From Amphiscolops sp. MND2022 (Eukaryota), in the NCBI GenBank assembly GCA_964187785.1, contig OZ076409.1:868001-932000 (forward strand): DNA of 64,000 nucleotides. Direction: 5' to 3'. Made by a program: the position numbers and the translations under genes. Below the pieces are notes generated by a model, which had not been told where the DNA came from, ran no database searches, and saw only the letters and a list, made by a program, of their open reading frames with translations. The number at the start of each line of letters is the position of its first letter. Position 1 is the first letter of the stretch. Positions 46,085-60,592 of the stretch are shown piece by piece.

Positions 46085-46865
46085 CTCTAATCGAGAATGC
46101 TTGAACTTTTTGCCTGCTGCAGGGAAACATGCAGGCTAATTTTTTTTCAATACATGGAAAGTTCAGAGAGGATGGAAAAATTTTGAAGGATTACGATGCA
46201 GCTTCCACAATTTCAATTAAAACTGAAAACATTTCCACTTCTTCATCGTCACGATCATTTTAGTTTCACGCTTAAGTTTCTCAAGTAAGTACCTTATGTA
46301 ATTACCGTTAGTCAAATAGCTCGCTGATTATGCACCACTTTGAAACTTATGGTGTGATCTTTATAATATATAAATGTGAACTTTATAATATAAATTTTAT
46401 TTGCATTGAAATCGCCGTAAATTTGACGAGGTTTCAGCTGCTTCAAAATTATAAGAGCTTCCGAATGAAACCCTCAAAACAGCGCGGCTCCGAAATGCCT
46501 CCAACTTCAGGATGCATCTTATAAGCAGCTTGGGGAAATTAAATTGAATCAGTGAAGTTTTAGTGCATCATTACTGTGCCAAAAGTGGGTTAACACACTT
46601 TTGTGCTATTAAGTCACCGAAATCCACTGACATACTTTTAAACATGTATTTCACTGATTTTCATTGGATTCCGCTGTTGCCTGTTTTGGATTCCACTAAC
46701 ATATCTAGCTAATGTACAAAAATGTGTGCACCGAAATCCACTGCTTTTCACTGCCAACCGATTGAACCAATGATGAAAGTTTGCTTGAGAATTTGTTTAA
46801 ATCATGAAAAATTAGTTTGGGAACCGACAAAAACTTAAGAAAAGATCAAGCAGTTTCAACCAGGG
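46085..46865. mobile_element. MITE family B, diverged copy with an internal insertion
   Basis: TGCTTGAACTTTTT...CTGCAGG start, CAAGCAGTTTCAACCAGGG end. Confidence 0.55.
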
Positions 46866-48913
46866 CTAATTCGAACCTTAGATTTTGAATAAATTCCAAG
46901 GTCAAAATACAACCAAATGACCTCATAGTGTCGAAACTTGTATCGGAATCGAGACCAATGCTATTTTTTATTTATTAGGTTGGAAAGAACACGTAGTATT
47001 ACGTAATGACAGAGGAGCTGCGTTTCTGAGAGAGTAAAATTTTCGTATGCCAACTAATTTTTACCGTTCTCATTCTGTCAGGACTTCCAGTCGTTTTTTA
47101 AAATGTATTTTCAACTCGGTCGACGTGACAAAACAGTTTTACATATTTACAAAGTTCTTCTGATAGTTGGCACAGTTTTTGAAGGTTAACTTTTTATGCA
47201 GGAGGCTGTTTGGATTCCAGAAACAGAAAAGAGCAGCCCATTGACTAATTGCACTCGAAAATTTTGAGCTACCTAAAGTGTACATGTAGAAAGATAACCA
47301 CAGTATTCTGTGTCAGTTATGGATATGGTAATAGATGAAGCGCAATTGTGTGTGTGTGTTCATTTTCAATTCCGATTTTTTCTCAATTAAATTTCTCAAG
47401 CACTTGACAGAAGTTAGATGGCAGAATTACTTCTACTTGCCGTTTCAATCTTTATGTACTCTTGTACATTGTTGCATTTTTGATTGGCTGCGTAGGTTTT
47501 GCTGGACTGGTACACTTAATTGGACTGGCAGATCCTGACAGATCCTGACAGATTTTCCTTTTTAGGACTGCTCGCACTGTTAGCTCCCCTTACTCTCTTA
47601 TATGCACCTGTCGTCACGTGAATAGATTTAGCATCCGAACTTAATACAGCCTGTCTGTCTCAAAACTCTGTTCTGTATTTTTTTTTTGGGGGGGGGATGA
47701 CGCGATGGCAGTCTTTCAAGGTCCTTCGTATGTCAGATATCCGAAATTATTATATCCTCTTTTTCCCAAGTAGAGTCTTTTCTCGGCTATTGGAATCAAT
47801 GCTACTAGATGGCTGACAAAAAACTGAACACATAAGAACTTCGCTTATTTAACAATATAGGCCTGTGTTTAATCAGATGTCAAACGTTTTCTGAGTTCTA
47901 TTTGTCAATCATTTGAAATAAAAATTGTTTTTGGCAGTCACTTTGAATAAGTTGTCAGTTTGAACGATTGACAGCAGCGTTCAAAGTTGCTTCGAAATGT
48001 TTGTTGGCAAATATTTGAAAGTTTGAAAGCTCGATAAGAGTTATGCTTTCCAATTTTTTTTGGCTCACCTAGTACGTAATCATTGTCAAGATGAACAAAA
48101 AAATTTTCTAATATTTGTCAACAAAAATTCGAAACGACTTTGAAAGGTGCAATCCATCTTGTCAATCATTCGAATTCTTCAAAGCAAAAGAACTTTTACA
48201 CATCAAAACTCAGAAGGAAATGGCTGATAAAAACGTCTTCAAAGTCGTATTATGTTTAAACAAGTCAATCAAAATCTTTCAATTCTTCAGCAAGTTATTT
48301 AGAATGAAGCTTTCGTTACGTAATCACATCTTCAACTAAAGATAGTTCGAACTAAAGAATTTGGTCTTTTCATCATAAGTAAAAGTACATCGATTAAAAT
48401 TGTCTGTAGCTGAACCTGCTGGACTGGTTTTTTGTAGGTTCCTGGCTTAATTTTCCATAATGTTTTAATACTACTTGCGAAAACTTCAATGTCTTGATAT
48501 GTTCTTGTTTTAATTGACATTTTTGAAAGCCTCCTCCAAAAATTTAAACTTCTTAACCCTCCCTTGGCTGAGGTGCAGGGGAAAAAATCAAACGATAACG
48601 GTAAGTGCGATTACATGGTTCAATCAATTAGCGAAACCCTTGAATTGAAAGACGAAATGAAACAGCTCAAAGCAACATTTCCACACAAGAAAGTTCTGAA
48701 GTGACTTCTATTCTTTAAAAACAAATCACATTTGGCTATAATAATCTATTAGCTACCAACACAAATGTGTGTCAACTGAAATGCATAAATGGGGGAGACT
48801 AATACTAGTTCACACGTTAGTTTATTTGAGCTTGTTGAACCACATTGGTATCTTCTGATCATGTGGCCTCTAATGGCCAACGACGAGACAGTCACGTAAC
48901 GAAAAAAAAAGTA

Positions 48914-49367
48914 AAAACAAGCCGGTAACGGCATAAGTCGGCGCCATATCTAGGGCTCAAAAATAGCAAAAGGACTTCAAAGTGTCCAGTATTATCTTTC
49001 ACAATCCCCGAAAACCCAAAAGTTGAAACGAATTGGCGCGATAAAGGAGGGACCCTTTCGGATTTTTTAACACACATTTTTGTAAAACATCCAAAATTGA
49101 AGGGGGTCCCTTTGGGGATTTTTTGTTTCAAAAAAGCCTCACAATGCCGAAAATAACTGAAAGGGGGACCCTTTTGTCTCGCCCGGTATTGTATGTTACG
49201 CGAAAAAAGGAAAAACCTTTTTGGTTCAGTTCGCTAGGCCAAATGATTCAATTTGGGACCATAAAATTTTGTAGAACTTTCAAGAACTATTTTGGTCAGT
49301 TCGTGTGCATTGAAAAAAAAGTCACTATAAAAGTCGCGTTTCACTTCACGAAGCGCCGACCAAAAAG
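48914..49367 (-). mobile_element. Family E (Helentron-like) copy
   Basis: AAACAAGCCGG..AAGTCGGCGCC start, GCGCCGACCAAAAA end. Confidence 0.65.
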
Positions 49368-49559
49368 GTAAACGTGTTCTACAGAAATGAGCCGATTTGT
49401 GTCACCAGAATACGTCTTGCAAAATGCTGAAACCGCATCGTTGATAACTATAGCGGTATGAAACGAATTCCTCCTAGTTCCAAGCTGTTATGTTCCTGCA
49501 GCGTTTATCGCTCATACCCACAGCGGATAGGCTCCCATCTGTGTTTGCCCAAAAATGCA

Positions 49560-50125
49560 ATTTTTAGTCGGCGCTTTTCGTAGAAAACGCAGACTGTATA
49601 TAGCACTAGCTTTTATCAAGACCAACGAAGTGACAGATTTTTTATTTTCCGCCCATATTTCATATGGGAAAGGAAAATATTTAAATCAAACGGGTTTTTT
49701 TTTTTTTTTTACAAAATTTGCCAAGATTTTATTTATATTTAAATTTAAGGGTGTTACCCATAGAATTCAACCGACATAAATTTAGCTTCGTGCGATATGT
49801 ATTTGTAGAGATTTTTGAAGTTTTTTTAAAAAATGACGAAAATGACGAAAATGACCCCTTAATGACAAAATGACCCCTTAATGACAAAATGACCCCGAAA
49901 ATGACAAAAATTCCCAAATTTCTCATTTTTAAACATTTTTATGCAATTTTTGCCATTTTTTGAGACACCGCGAATTAGAAAAATGGACAAGATGAATCGA
50001 AGCTTTCTTTTCTTCGAACTTCTCAGCGTTTTTATAGTGCATTAGTTATTCTTGAGCCTCAAATTTATGTAGTTGTAGAACAGTTCGGGGCGGAAAATAT
50101 CCCGCTCCTCAGCGGGCGTCTTGTT
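49560..50125 (+). mobile_element. Helentron-like element related to family E, with AAATGAC tandem repeats
   Basis: TTTTTAGTCGGCGC start; CCCGCT-CCTC-AGCGGG hairpin followed by CGTCTTGTT. Confidence 0.55.
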
Positions 50126-51774
50126 AAGCTTTATAAGCTGGCTTCCACTAACTGCCACACTAAACTGCTACTGCTACTTGCACTTGGCATAGAGGTTAAT
50201 TAGGATTTTTTGAGGTCTGCCAAGCGGAAAGACGTTGGTCTGAGTCTCGCATTTGACCAAAATTTTTTTGTGCATGTTATTTCGGCTTTTGAGATTTTTT
50301 TTCCGCAAATTTTTTTAATGTCTCCAAAGGGTCCACCCTTCAATTTTTGTCTATTTTGCAACAGAATGGATGTTCAAAAAATCCCAAAGGGTCCCCCCTT
50401 CTACATTTTTCGGCACTGTGCGACTTATCGGAGACTTCAAAAGAAATTTCGAAAAAAAATTGGGAATTTTTTTGGGATTTCGAAACTTTTCGTGAGTTTC
50501 CAATGAAAAAACGGACATTCTTAAGTTTGAATTTGTGCAAATGCACATAATCATTTGCAGTATCATTTTGTTTAGTTTTCATTTGCGTAAAACTTGGTTT
50601 CCGTTCAAGGATTTTGTTTCAATCCGTAGTTGCAGCATTTTCCTCATTGCTCTTTCATTTTGTTCCAGAACATGGATCTCTTTCACCATGTCCCCCCCCA
50701 CTATATCATTCGTTACACTATGTCCCCCCTGGAGAAAAAGAATGTTTGTGGCTCATTTATATTCATCTCCTATTGGCTAATTTCTCATGCTATCCTGTTT
50801 ATCAATTGAACTCGTCATAACTAACGACACTTTTTATTGGTTCATATTATCAAAATACCCACTCAGCCAATCAGAAGCAGTGTTAGATAAAAGCAGATCT
50901 GCGCTATTAGAATGGGCAATACATGTATTCAATAGCGTTTCACTATGTCGCCCCCCTTTTTTTGCTGTAGGGGGGGGGAGTGAAAGAGATCCCAGAACAT
51001 TTTATTCGAGAACATATTACAGGAGGGGAAAATCAGAGCACAAAGTGTGGTTTGAAATGGTCTTGCTTTGAAATATGAACTAAAAGAAAGTATGCTTTGC
51101 ACTTTTTCGGAACCATGAGAATGACTGAATCAATTAGCAGTCATTCTCTTATGAGAGAAAGTCACATTCAACTTCCGCCAGTTTGCCTTGTGACAGTGGG
51201 TTCCGTTAAGTTGACAGCCAATCAGTTTGGTAAAATCAGAGTTTCAATCAAAAGACTCAACTGAGGCAGCTTCCGATCAGAGGGAAGTAAAACTGCAGTG
51301 CATTTAACTTACTTTTCCCTCATTCAATGTACCCCCACCTCTTCATAATTCCCCGTTGTTCTTCCAGTTGAATTTGCAACCTTGAATTTGAATTTCACCA
51401 AATGTGCGAACTATTCATTTGCGGGATTTTCTTGTCAAAAAGCATCCGTTTTGAGGATTAACTCGAAAACCTTTGAGAGCAGGGATTGGAAATTGCTTTG
51501 GGGTTAAAACGGATGAGGGCGAAGAAAATTGACATCCGACTTCAGTTAAAAGTAATTTTCCCCCTCGATGATTATCCTGCTTGAAATGTTAGTGAGAAGA
51601 AATTGAAATACAGCCTCTGGGGAAAGAGAGGCTATGAACCATAAATAGCGCATCTCATTACAACAAAACTCGTGCTTCTTTGGGCTGAAAGTATCATAAA
51701 CTACCTGTAGTTCATCTGTATTCGTCACAAAATGCATAGTATAATGATGGTACAGAGATTATGATAGTCTCAGG

Positions 51775-52228
51775 CAGGGGTGTGAAATATTGTATTTAAA
51801 TATATTTTTCAAAAAAAAAATAAATATATTGTTTGATTCAATTTCAGCAATAAATATTGTATTTATTGTCCTGCAATATTTTAGAAAAACAATAGATTTT
51901 GAAATATTTTATTGGGCAGAGAAACATTTATTTACAAGACAAACATCCCAATGTTGTTTATTTGTATAAAGACTACTTTCTCGAAATTAGCGAACAGCTT
52001 AGTGAATTTCTCCCTTGATAGTCTTTCACTTCTAGTCCGTTTAAAATGCATATTATATGAAATTTTATTTGTAATTTGCAATAATTTTTTTGCGCAATAT
52101 ATTGTAGAGCTCTGATAATATTTGCCTTATTTCAATAAATATATTGTAATTTTGCTGCAACCAAATAAATATATTAATTGTATTTAATTGCAATATATTG
52201 CAATACAATATAAATTTTTACACCTCTG
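51775..52228. mobile_element. hAT-type MITE
   Basis: CAGGGGTGTGAAA...TTTACACCTCTG; 8-bp TSD GTCTCAGG. Confidence 0.85.
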
Positions 52229-52696
52229 GTCTCAGGACACTGGTGGAAGCTCAATAATTGAATTAATCAGAAAACGAATTTTGAAAAGTTGGAGTTTGAC
52301 GGTCAACGATCAAATAATCTAATTAATGTTCAGGTCAAATATTCAAGATCAAAATTGAAGCTTGTGCGTACATACTTGTTAAATTTTGTGCTTTAACAGC
52401 TTGATTGAACTGTAAAGAACAGCCATCGTGTTTGGCTGGTATTTTTGAGTCAGTGGAAATTAACATTTGATTGTATTGCCTAGAATCAGTCTCCCCGAAA
52501 AAGATGAGAAATGAGGTTGTTTTTATTAGAGTGAAAAGTCACGTTCATGTGCCAGCATACATTGTCCTCTGCTAGGTATAGTCAAGGTACGCCTATGTCC
52601 GTGCCTGTCTGTTGGTGCTTTTTTACTTCTGTGAGAAAACAAGTTGAAGGTGTGATAAACATGAGTCACATCCTCACATTGTACTAAGTGAACCAT

Positions 52697-53096
52697 AAAC
52701 AAGACAAGAACGTCTAAAGTCGGCGCCAAATCTGAGGCTAAAAAAGCGCGAAACATTTTTTTGGAAAAAAAACTTGAAATTTTTGAAATTTTTTCTTTCA
52801 AAAAAGTCGCATAGTGCCGAAAAATGTAAAAGGGGGACCCTTCTGGATATATTAATATACATTCCGTTGCAAAATATAAGAAAACTCGAAGGGGGGACCC
52901 TTTAGGCACGTTCGGTTTTGTAGGTTTCCTTGAAAAAGTAAAAATTGAAAGGGGGACCCTTTGGACTAAGTTTGCTTTGGCGGGACTTGGCCTTAGGTGT
53001 TTTCAGGATTGTTACTAAAAAGTGGACCGATCAGTGTGAGGATTGTAGTCTGAAAAAAGCAGTCACTGCTTAAAAGGATAAAGCGCCGACTAAAAA
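52697..53096 (-). mobile_element. Family E (Helentron-like) copy
   Basis: Same termini and internal repeats. Confidence 0.7.
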
Positions 53097-53469
53097 CGCA
53101 ACGCATAGACATTTTCGGGCTCTCAGAGTCTCAAATATTTGCCCACTAATGTTTCAAAACAACTCTGAACAATGCACTTCAGCTTGTCAGTCATTCATTT
53201 TGACAACTTTTCTGTGAGAGCCAATGAACTTTTACACATCCTAAGTGTGAACGAAGTGACTGGTAAAGACGTCTAGACTTTTTCAGAAGGCTCAGATCAT
53301 TCCTTGTTGAAGACTTGATTACCTGATGAGAGGATAAGATTCTCAGTGTCTTCTTCACAAATATTACGATTTTGAAGGGTTAATATTTTGTGCGTTCCGT
53401 TTTTTTTGGTTCACCTAATTCATATTTCCGTGTGCAGTTATTCAGAGTGCATTTATGCGGAGTAAATCA

Positions 53470-53676
53470 GGCTCTTTTCTGTTAATCCCCCCCACCGATT
53501 TAATCCCCCCCCAGTTAAGCGGTCAAGTGAAATTATCATTGAATTAATAGTAACAACCAATCAAATTGCAGTGTTATAACTCTAACTGCAACTGAAACTC
53601 ATCGCTGATACTGGGGGGGTCTGAGGGAATCAAAATTTTCGCGCTTAGGGTGGGGGGTGTTTAACAGAAAAGAACC
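53470..53676. mobile_element. Small GG-ended MITE with 8-bp TSD
   Basis: GGCTCTTTTCTGTTAA...TTAACAGAAAAGAACC; TSD GTAAATCA. Confidence 0.8.
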
Positions 53677-54581
53677 GTAAATCAGCTACAAGACGGACTT
53701 GAAATTGTGTGCAGTCAAGCAGATGTTTCATTTACACTGTCAAATGTTAGCATATTTGAACTATTGATGTTCTATAAGAATCATTTTAGGTACTGCAATT
53801 AGGCAGGAGAGAGATCAAATCTAACCAGTAGCGAAGTTTTTCCATCTTTTAAATTTGAACTATTTTAATACTAATATCCGATATGACGTAATGTACGATG
53901 AAAACTACGCTATATCCAAACTATTGCAATTTGGAAATCCTAAATGCATTTTTGGATGAACATGTTCTAAGATCTGAAGAGGTTTTAGCTGGCATTAGTT
54001 CTTCATGTTTCTTCTTTGAACAATTTTGGCTGAAAGGCGCTCGATTCTTTCTGAAAGGGGTCTGTTAAGAGCCTAACAAAAATACAGCAGTGCCAATGCA
54101 CTTCTTACTGGTACTTTTCGACCATGTTTTGCTGATCAGAGGTCTAACAGCCACTTTTTGAAACTAACTTAGACATACTCTTGGATAAATTTTCACTAAT
54201 ATCAGGCTCGGCAGCCTGACCTATTACAAAATTTTTCAGTCCTAAGTTGAGGCTAGAACCTTGATTCAAACTTGATCTTTTGAGTTAGTTGGTTCGGGGT
54301 TTGAATTTGAACCTAGAGCTTATGCTCGCCGTTTTTTGACGCCGTAGTACCCAAAGGATTCCAATCTTATTTCACAACTGAATATTTTGCTTTTCAAACT
54401 GATTTATACTGACCACACAAAACGTTTTTAGAGTACTTTCTAAGCCTAACCCAAAATGAGTTTGGTGGAATTTCATGCCGGAAAATGACCCGGTTTATGG
54501 CTATTTCTCGCTGGATTCTCCTGAAGTTATTGAGTAGAGTGTGGAATGTACCAACTGAGTGAGTAGTATGTTGTGTTGCAG

Positions 54582-54723
54582 CAACGAGTGCACGGGGGAG
54601 GAGTACCGGGTGCTGTGCTATGGCAACTTGCAGCACCAGCTGATGTGCGACGCCTTCGTGCTCGTCACCAGCTACCTCGTGCCCCTCTTCGCAATGCTCT
54701 ACATGTACGCACACATCGCACAG
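54582..54723 (+). CDS. Class A GPCR exon B (ECL2 with Cys, TM5)
   Basis: Acceptor ttgtgttgcag| in phase 2, matching exon A; NECTGEEYRVLCYG...AFVLVTSYLVPLFAMLYMYAHIAQ; donor gtacta (phase 0). Confidence 0.88.
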
Positions 54724-54741
54724 GTACTACACTGTACACTA

Positions 54742-55287
54742 CCCAAGTTGAAACTGCAGGAATTTATTACATACTGCAAGCCTGCATACAGGGAAATTTT
54801 TTATAAAAGCTGGAAAATTCAGTGAATTTCGGGTGGTAAATTATATACAATTGCACTACATTTTTAACTATTGCAATTATATTTGAAAATGAATTCCACA
54901 TCATTACCGACACGATCACTTTGTATTTACACTTTGTTTTCTCAACTGCTCATCTGATGTGATCCCTGCTTCTCAAGTAGCACGCTAAACATGGCGCTAA
55001 TTTGCAGTTTATTACGCGACTGAAGTTATTTTGCATTAATTTAGCGGTAAAACGGATAGCAATTGATTATTTACCTTTAGAATTGTAACTGCCGCTTAAT
55101 GAAACCTGCAAAACTTCAATGCTTAAAATTGCCGCCATAGCTTTGATGAATCATCCAAGCAGCTTGATAAAAGTTAAATACAACAGGGAAATATTTTAGC
55201 TTGAAAGTTTTTTTAGAAATCATTGTATATAAAAGTTGCTGGCAGAATTAAAGCACATGTAAAATTTTCAAGCAGTTTCAACAAGGG
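54742..55287. mobile_element. MITE family B copy with TA TSD
   Basis: TA|CCCAAGTTGAAACTGC...GCAGTTTCAACAAGGG|TA. Confidence 0.8.
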
Positions 55288-56167
55288 TAGACTGCAGACT
55301 ATCGTAATGATATCATCAAAAACAACATAACCCAAATCTCAAAATAGAACGTCTCTGAAACAGCAGTGATTTTTGAAAATAATTAAAGTTTTTTAGACCT
55401 TTCTCTTGTTACAAATATCTTCGTTTGAATATTATACGATAAAAATTATAAATGTTACGATAGGCTGTTTCTTGCCAAATTCGTGGCAAAAATTGAGATT
55501 TTTTCTCACTTTTGGTCTACTTATGCTCAAAATTTTTGAAACATTCAATTCTCAAATTCTCAATGGATCCTCTGATTTTACTAAAGCCTCTGACATAAGA
55601 CTCGATAAGCTGTAAACTTATGCTTTTTCCAAATTACTTGTATCAAGATACGATTTAGACTATAGACTGACTGTACATGCATGCAACTATCACATGTGTC
55701 TGATCCAGGGACTCCGTAAAAATATATTATTTCCACTGTAACTTGAATAACAAACCTAAATTAGATTATCCTGGAACTCTCAGAATTTTTCATTGACTGA
55801 TAAGAACAATTCAGTTTCCAGGTGCATTGGTGTTTGTTGATTGTGTCTTGACTACCGAATATTGGGCTTGGCTCGGCTGAATAAACGTTCACAGAAATAT
55901 GCTTACTTTGAGTTTTGCTAAATTATTTTAAATATGTGAAACAAATTATTTCGCTAAACTTTACCTGAGAATAAATTTTTTTTCGTGATGAAAAGTAAAT
56001 AATTTATGGCCATTATGTCTAAAAATTATTCTTTTCGAAGTCTCTCGTCTGATCAACTATTGAATATTAACAGCTTTGGACTTTTGTAAGGAATGCTCAC
56101 CCAAACTTTAGCTTTGTTTAGAGCCACCTAAAGGTCGACGGCATGTCCTTAAAATGGTCCCATAAAC

Positions 56168-56627
56168 CAGAGGTGTGACAGCCATAGCGATAGCGGTAGC
56201 GGTAGCGTTAGCGACAATTCGCCATGAATTAGTGATAGCGATAGTTAGCGACAAATTAAAGCGTTTGCGAACATTTTTGTTCGCTAAAAGAATTTAAAAT
56301 TAACTAATGTAATAATTTAATGCGAATAACTTGACACATCATATTGGCTGTGGCTTGGCTTTCATTTTCTGTCGAACGGTTACTCAGTGTGCCCGGCAAT
56401 GTGCAGTACGCAAGGCGAACTAGATTTTGCCCAAATTTTTCTCAAAATTTGTTATTTGTAAATTACCATTCTGAAATTTTTGAATGAATATCTTGAAAAT
56501 CAGATTTTTTAAATGAGCGATAGCGTTAGCGATAGCGGCACCCAAAATAGCGGTCTTAGCGATTAGCGACAGCCCAAAGTTGAGACGATCGCGAACAGCG
56601 GTTTTGGGGGCCGCTGTCACACCTCTG
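56168..56627. mobile_element. hAT-type MITE with TAGCGA subterminal repeats
   Basis: CAGAGGTGTGACAGC...GCTGTCACACCTCTG; 8-bp TSD CCATAAAC. Confidence 0.88.
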
Positions 56628-56766
56628 CCATAAACCGTAGGAAACATATGAAACTCATTTTTAAAAACTTAATATTTTTGAACCAAGTGTTTTGAAAACC
56701 TGTTACACTTTTAGTTCAGTGTCGACAAACAATCGTTAATATTGACTGATGCTACCTGCTTCATAG

Positions 56767-56936
56767 GAGTTGTCGTCACGTGACCGAAGACTGGCCCAGA
56801 GAGGCATCTGGACAGAATTAGCAGCAGCAGCCAATCAGAACGCGACCACTCCTGTCCAATCATCGAACACCACGAAGCAGGCTGAGAAAGCGCCCAAGAA
56901 CGAAAACGGTTGCAAGAATACAGGCATCTTGTTTCA
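56767..56936 (+). CDS. Class A GPCR exon C (start of ICL3)
   Basis: Acceptor tttcatag| in phase 0 gives HIAQ|ELSSRDRRL...; donor gtatgt in phase 2. Confidence 0.65.
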
Positions 56937-59900
56937 GTATGTTACTTCGAAGTAACAGCCTTCGGTGCTTCGTAGGTTCAAAACGGTTTCAATTGGCCGG
57001 CCATCACTTAAAAGTATTTGGTATCAAATGCACTATTTCAATCAAAATGAAAATTGGTTTCAAAGTTTTTATCATACTGAAAGTAATTTCAAGGTGCAAA
57101 AGTCGTCTTGTTGGTAGCATCATGTATGTAAACAACCTGCACGACTAGCGGATACTCCAAACCAAAAACCTTTAGATCCCTTCTGCAATCGTGACTGTGA
57201 CATCCCATGCGCTTCTTGGTGACTGTAGCTATAAATATTCTCTCTCATGACTCTAATCCAAATTTTCTGTTCATGACAAATTAGGGTTTGCCGTTTAGAA
57301 CATTGCCGGTTGTGCAGCTAAACTTTCTACTGTTTACAACGGCCTTTTTCCCCGTGAGCACGCATTTTTTATGTTTTCAATAGGAAATAGGCCAAAAATT
57401 TCAAGCATAAAATATACGTAAAGAAAAACAAAATTTCGGTTTCTCCTACGTAATAAATATTCCCGAGTTGATTCAAGTAAAGGATAAAATGATAGCGGGG
57501 GGAAATACGCATTAGGTGGATTTCAAATCATTAAATACTGTATCTTATAGTTCAAAGTATTCCGTTGCTTTTTTGTTTTCAAACATTTGAGTTTCGTAAG
57601 AATCATAGTTTTTCCAAAGGATTTCTGGGCATCTTGCTCCGGTCTTTGTTTTGTTTGGCATATTTGCTTCGTTATTATTATCCAACACAGTGAAGTCCGA
57701 TATATTTTTATATTTTCACTCGCTTTTTTGCTGCCATGGGCGACTGTTCTGACCAATCCGGAACAAAGATTTACCATTTTTGACTGCCGTTTTCAGGAGG
57801 CGGAAATTTCGCCATAATAGCAAATCCAGCAATTTCGTCGTCAGAAATATCGTCGTAATTTTTAAAACTTTGTTTTCGAAACTTTTTCCCAAAATCATAA
57901 TCAAAAGTAGTCTTTGATAGAAATAATTGCACAATTAACGATAATTATGAAGATAATTATAATGGATAATGGTAATAATAGATAAGGTAAAATGCGGCAA
58001 CGTTTTATAGAATGTAATTATAGACGACGAAATTTTCTGACTTTTTGACTGTATTGAAATCTGTGCAAAGCGCAAAGCGCAAAGCATTTCGGAAAACGCA
58101 CTTACTTCTTTCGTCACCACTGTTTGACGCAATTCCGCGGTTGGTCATTAGCGTAATTAGCTTACAGGTATCAAAAAAGACGCTTTCTGCTTAACTTTTC
58201 ATTCTGTTCTCCGATTTTTTATTCTGAATTTTTTGTCCGAGTCGATTTGTTTTTTCAAATTCGTGTGCATTTCTCGGTAATTAGTATATTAGATTTTCAC
58301 GGTTGCTATGCTGGCTTTCTTTTAAAAGTATTCTTTTACCCAGTCCTCTACATCTTTGTCGATTGTACACCATCAGTTGTTTCGTTTATATTTTTTGGTT
58401 ACACGTTTTCTGAGTGTTGGAACAAGTTTTCTGACAACATATGATGGATTTGCAATGTTATCTGGTTACACGATACAATATTTCAGTTGCACATACTCTA
58501 TAGAAAATTTAGGTTGGAGAGAAAGTCTCGAGAATCTAACTTTATCAGAAAATAAATGATTTCGGTGAGTAAGTTCGACTCTTTCTATCGTGTGTGGGAA
58601 TCTTTCAGGTTGCTCAAGTTATTCGGCTCCCTTGAATTGACTACGATGGTTGAAGTAATATTCGAGTTACTTTTTATAAAGAAATCCAAATCTGGTTCTT
58701 CATTAATCACAATATAACAACTATACGCGATTCAACAAACTGTGCGAAAGCGCAAAACGCAAGTTGGGAATTACTAAAAGCTCAATCTCTAGCGCACGGT
58801 GCTAGCGACGATCCAGTTTTTTATGCGAAGCCACGTTTCTTGCCCCGTCTCGAAGCTCATCTTGATTGTAGCTCTCCAAATCGGTTGTCTCTATTCAATT
58901 CTCCTTCAATTCCGCCTAAGTTTTGTTTACTCATCGCACGTGTTTTGGGTGGTCTCATCACTACCTTCTATCATACTTGACATTTGCTTTCATATTTACT
59001 ATTCCTTTTATGGCAAAGCGAACACCATTAGCTGTACCTCAAATAAATATTCCTAGCCGCTAATGTCAAATAATCCAGCAACTTGTCTGAGGTTCCTATT
59101 CCATCAACACAGTCCAAGATATATCTAGTGTCAAGCGAGTTGTTCAATGAACTTCAATTACATGGTTTACATGTTTCCTACGTGTAAGGGGTGCTTCTCC
59201 ATCATTCTAACTGCGATGCATCTCGAACCATGTCGCCTGGCAGAAATGCAAAAATTGTCACGCAGAAACGCTGATTTACATGTTTTCAGATACGTTTTCC
59301 TCTGTATCCAGGGGTCACGCTCTGAGATGACCTTGAGGTTTGTTCGTGAACATGAAGTTATTTGTGCTCATCCAATGATGTCGCTACATGCCAAGTTATT
59401 TGGTTTTAGGGTCAATGGTTCCCGAGTTACATGATCGTAAGTTTACTTAAGGTGCTAACAAATGCGTTCTAATTCTCATTAGTATTCGACTACACTCGTT
59501 ATTGCGGTTCGTTTGAGGTATTACAAGCCAAGGTCAAATGTCCTTTTTCTACAGAGTCCGCGAGTCCGGTCGCGCGTGCCTTAAGCAAACATAACTCCGC
59601 GCGCCGTGGGCCAATTAATGTATCTTTATTGTTTTACTAGGTTTGGTAGGTGAACATCTTAGGAAAGTTTTTGGTGCTCGGGTCAACTGGTGGCCATTTA
59701 CGTAACCACCGGGGTTTTCTCATACAGGGTCCATGCTCCTTATACGCGCGTCACAGGGTTCCGAAAATACACGCAATTGATTGAATTTCCTATGGGCTAT
59801 GATTTCTCTATATTATATGAACTATCCCGTGCTTCGACGACAACGAATCCGTAGGGGGTCGACCTTCGTCACTTCGGTTGCTACTTGCCCAGGACTGGGG

Positions 59901-60592
59901 AAGGTAACAGGTCGGGTGCCCCGAGTCGAAAGTTGAGTTGAAACCTTTAGTATATGCATGCCAAAATTCAGCAAGATCGGACAAGTGGTTCTCAAAAAAG
60001 AGGGCACAAAAAAACTCGTAGTAAAATTCACTCGGAGGCTTCAATTCTCTCTTAGTCGATTCCAACAATTTTATTACTGACGTCACTTCTAGTTTATGTT
60101 TAAGTGTTGAAAACTATCGTCTACTAAATAAACACCAGATTTGCCTAATATGCATTTAAAAAACACGCAATAATCAACGTTTTCAGCTGCTTTTACTAAC
60201 CTGACGGTGTAGAAAGGTGACAAAAATAGTTTTGTCTATCGTTTGGTCCTCGCGCAAAACAATTGAATTTTTATCAAGACGCCAAAATTCAAAATTTCCA
60301 CATACTCATCATGTGTATGAACTGTATGATTGAAACTGCTCTGCTTTGAAAACTGAGTGTGTTTTTTCGACTTGAAATTCTGCAAAAAGCAACAAGCATC
60401 TAAGATGACAAGCATATATACGTTACTAATGCAAATATAGCCGTTGTGTTTGTAGCAATCGTATTTGAATGTCACCCCATTTCAAATGTCAAATGTCAAC
60501 TTGTCGATTTCAAATGTCACCTCATATCTGAGAAGTGGAAGCACTCACTTAATTCTATATAAAACGAAGTAAACTTCAAGTCTTTAAAATAG

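Noticed and set aside
57350..59100. Possible decayed coding sequence (also 43550-44200 and 47700-48700)
   Set aside because: Stops in the frames examined and no recognisable motif; would need tblastx or HMM searches
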